Of a stretch of DNA of 64,000 bases, positions 61,808 to 64,000 are shown in pieces. Position 1 is the first letter of the stretch, and every line of letters begins with the position of its first letter. The DNA is taken from assembly GCF_006345805.1 (NCBI RefSeq), contig NC_042997.1, positions 195,796,001-195,860,000 on the forward strand. The letters run 5' to 3'. Made by a program: the position numbers and the translations under genes. Source of the DNA: Octopus sinensis (Eukaryota). The notes beneath the pieces were generated by a model. The model saw nothing but the letters and a program-made list of their open reading frames with translations. It had not been told where the DNA came from and did no database searches.

Positions 61808-62128
61808 GAGGGCGCGTGGCTTAGCGGTTAGGGCATTCGGCTCATGATCGTAAGGTTGTGAGTTCGATTCCCGGCGACGCGCTGTGTCCTTGAGCAAGAC
61901 ACTTTATTTCACGTTGCTCCAGTCCACTCAGCTGGCAAAAATGAGTTGTACTTGTATTTCAAAGGGTCAGCCTTGTCACTCTCTGTGTCACGCTGATTAT
62001 CCCCGAGAACTACGTTAAGGGTACACGTGTCTGTGGAATGCTCAGCCATTTGCACGTTAATTTCACGAGCAAGCTGTTCCGTTGATCGTATCAGCTGGGA
62101 CCCTCGTCGTCGTAACCGGCGGAGTCTT
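61808..62128 (+). mobile_element. tRNA SINE, CORE-like middle plus family C tail
   Basis: GGCGCGTGGCTTAGCGGTTAGGGCA head; GTGTCCTTGAGCAAGACACTTT. Confidence 0.85.
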
Positions 62129-63326
62129 TTTAATTATGGCAGAGGCCAGTGAGCAAATACGACTCAAAATACTTAGCAAAACAAACGCAGCAATATAATA
62201 AGAGTTCTATTCTGTTTATACTAACGCGCTATAGCTGACTGTTTCTCAGCAAAGGACTCAGCCAGTCCCCTAGAAGTATTATCATTCATGTTTCTTTATA
62301 TAATGTTTACCTTACCGGGAAACAGAAATACTCCAAGTTTCTTTATATAACGTTCAACTCATCAGAAAGCGCCACTGCACTATGTTTCTTTGTATAAACA
62401 TTTCCTCGCCGGGAAGCACTGTCATTCCAATGATTATTCAATAAAGCTTCACGGGCGGTGACACACCATCACTCCAATACTATATAAAGCTTCACTTTCT
62501 ATGAAGCTTTAGCGACGGAATTCTGCTTTACGCATGCTCATAACTTTTTTGTTTTGGAATTTTCAGAAAATTTCTGCGAAATTTTTGTCCTACACACAAC
62601 ACTTCACATGACTATAACAAAAAGAACTTTTAATTTTTCGAAATGAAAAAAAAAATTTTCTGGTCAGTGTTTCGAATTTTTAAATCACATTTTAAAATAC
62701 GGCCAATCCGAATTTATGGTTTAAATCCGAGCAGTAGAAACTTAAATACGTTTATAGAAAGAAAGAATTGGAAACCACCAATACGTCAGTTCTTACAAAC
62801 AAACAAGGAGAATATGAGGTAATCGTGATATGTGCTAAAAATAACAGCTAAATAGGCCTTAAATCACGGACCATATTTTTTTTTGCATAACCGTATGAAT
62901 TTCTGTATAGAATACAAATTCGGAAAATTATTCTGAAAATTCCCAAAACTAAAAAGAGTTAAGAGATGTTATATAGCGTGCGTAAATAGGACTTCCTTCG
63001 CTTTACCCACCAGGAAATACCATTGCACAACTCCCCTTGTGTCTTAATTTTTCAAAAGTAGTTAGTTTTTAGGCGTGGGAAATTAGCGTGGGCTGTGAAA
63101 AGTTTTGCGAATGACTTGAGCATACACTTGTTAATCCTAAGGCTATCTTTGGACATTGAAATGAAAAAAAAAATAATAAAAACATCACCACGCAATATTT
63201 ATACTTAAACCATGGGAATCGATGTCGCTATGACCAATCAGCGTACCAAGTGAGGTATCTGCATTTGTTAGGAGTTTTTTTCTCGCTTTCAATATCTAGT
63301 GTCCAAGAGAACTATTGATTCGTGCT

Positions 63327-63497
63327 CCTTTGTCTTATTTGGTCGAATGCGGATTGAGTACAATTGACAATTTGCTGGAAGCCAAGAGAAACCGGCTTGA
63401 AATTACAAAGTATGATGATTAACGGCTGAAGTTAACGAAATTGTCTCCACAAATCAAGGATCTTTGCCGTATGCACTAGGCACAGGGTTCTCACTAA
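63327..63497 (+). pseudogene. hAT (Buster/Charlie-type) transposase C-terminal relic
   Basis: PLSYLVECGLSTIDNLLEAKRNRLEITKYDD*RLKLTKLSPQIKDLCRMH*AQGSH*: SYLxExGFS-like dimerisation motif and QxxSH terminus. Confidence 0.75.
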
Positions 63498-63879
63498 ATG
63501 AGTTGAGGTATCCGTCAGACAGGTAATTGAATTAAAAATAGTATTTCTATATTAAAAAAAAAATGTTGATGGACACCAGATTATTTGTTATTAAAAAAAA
63601 ATGGAGCACTGAAAAGTTTGTTATTAAACAGTGGGGCACAGGAAAAAATGGCTGGGAACACTGCAATAAGCTACAATTTGGGTTTACTGCTTGATTTTTT
63701 GTTTTTCATGCATATTTTCTGTTTTGTCCTCGTTCTAATTTCTACCGTTGTCATGTTTGCTGTTTTCAATGGTGATGTTCCTTAAATCACGACTCCTTTT
63801 CCTTCGCTACTATCCGTAACATTTCCACCGGTGATCTTGCTAGTGTCAACATATATATCCTTCGTAACTACTTCACCGT

Positions 63880-64000
63880 GGAGGTGTGTGGCTTAGTGGT
63901 TAGGGTCACAGGATCGTGATCGTAAGATTGTGGTTTCGATTCCTGGACCGGATGACGTTTTGTGTTCTTGAGCAAAATGCGTCATTTCACGTTGCTCCAG
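63880..64000 (+). mobile_element. tRNA SINE head (runs off the window)
   Basis: GGCTTAGTGGTTAGGG, GGTTTCGATTCC, TTCTTGAGCAAA. Confidence 0.75.

Noticed and set aside
63232-63242. CCAAT box as a host promoter with a downstream splice donor
   Set aside because: The downstream region translates as a decayed hAT transposase end; a lone CCAAT is not evidence.

Overview
AT-rich eukaryotic non-coding DNA, almost certainly from an Octopus-type cephalopod genome (inferred from the tRNA-derived SINE families and the abundant (TA)n, (AAT)n, (CTAT)n and (CA)n microsatellites). It contains one 100-N assembly gap (51748-51847). I cannot support any intact host protein-coding gene; most listed ORFs are microsatellite or SINE artefacts. 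The window holds three or four tRNA-SINE groups (about 40 copies, some in self-nested arrays) and decayed LINE relics: CR1, RTE, RTE-X, HERO, an R4-like REL element, and two Penelope-like elements (PLEs) with RT and/or GIY-YIG motifs. It also holds DNA-transposon relics (mariner, Tigger-like MITE, hAT/Buster C-terminus, Helentron-like elements) and many fold-back inverted repeats. The main result is a dense, diverse set of type I hammerhead ribozyme (HHR) motifs in short PLE-terminal-repeat-like modules next to microsatellites, read by eye. They include: (i) a 384-bp, 99% perfect palindrome with a canonical HHR on each strand (16535-16918); (ii) a tRNA-headed, SINE-like unit ending in an HHR (44241-44720); and (iii) copies with recurrent core variants (U4C, U3-A8, extra A after A9, U6, U.U at the base of stem II). 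HHRs in PLEs are a known association; the architectures and variants here are what merit testing. All structures were folded by hand and no database search was run.
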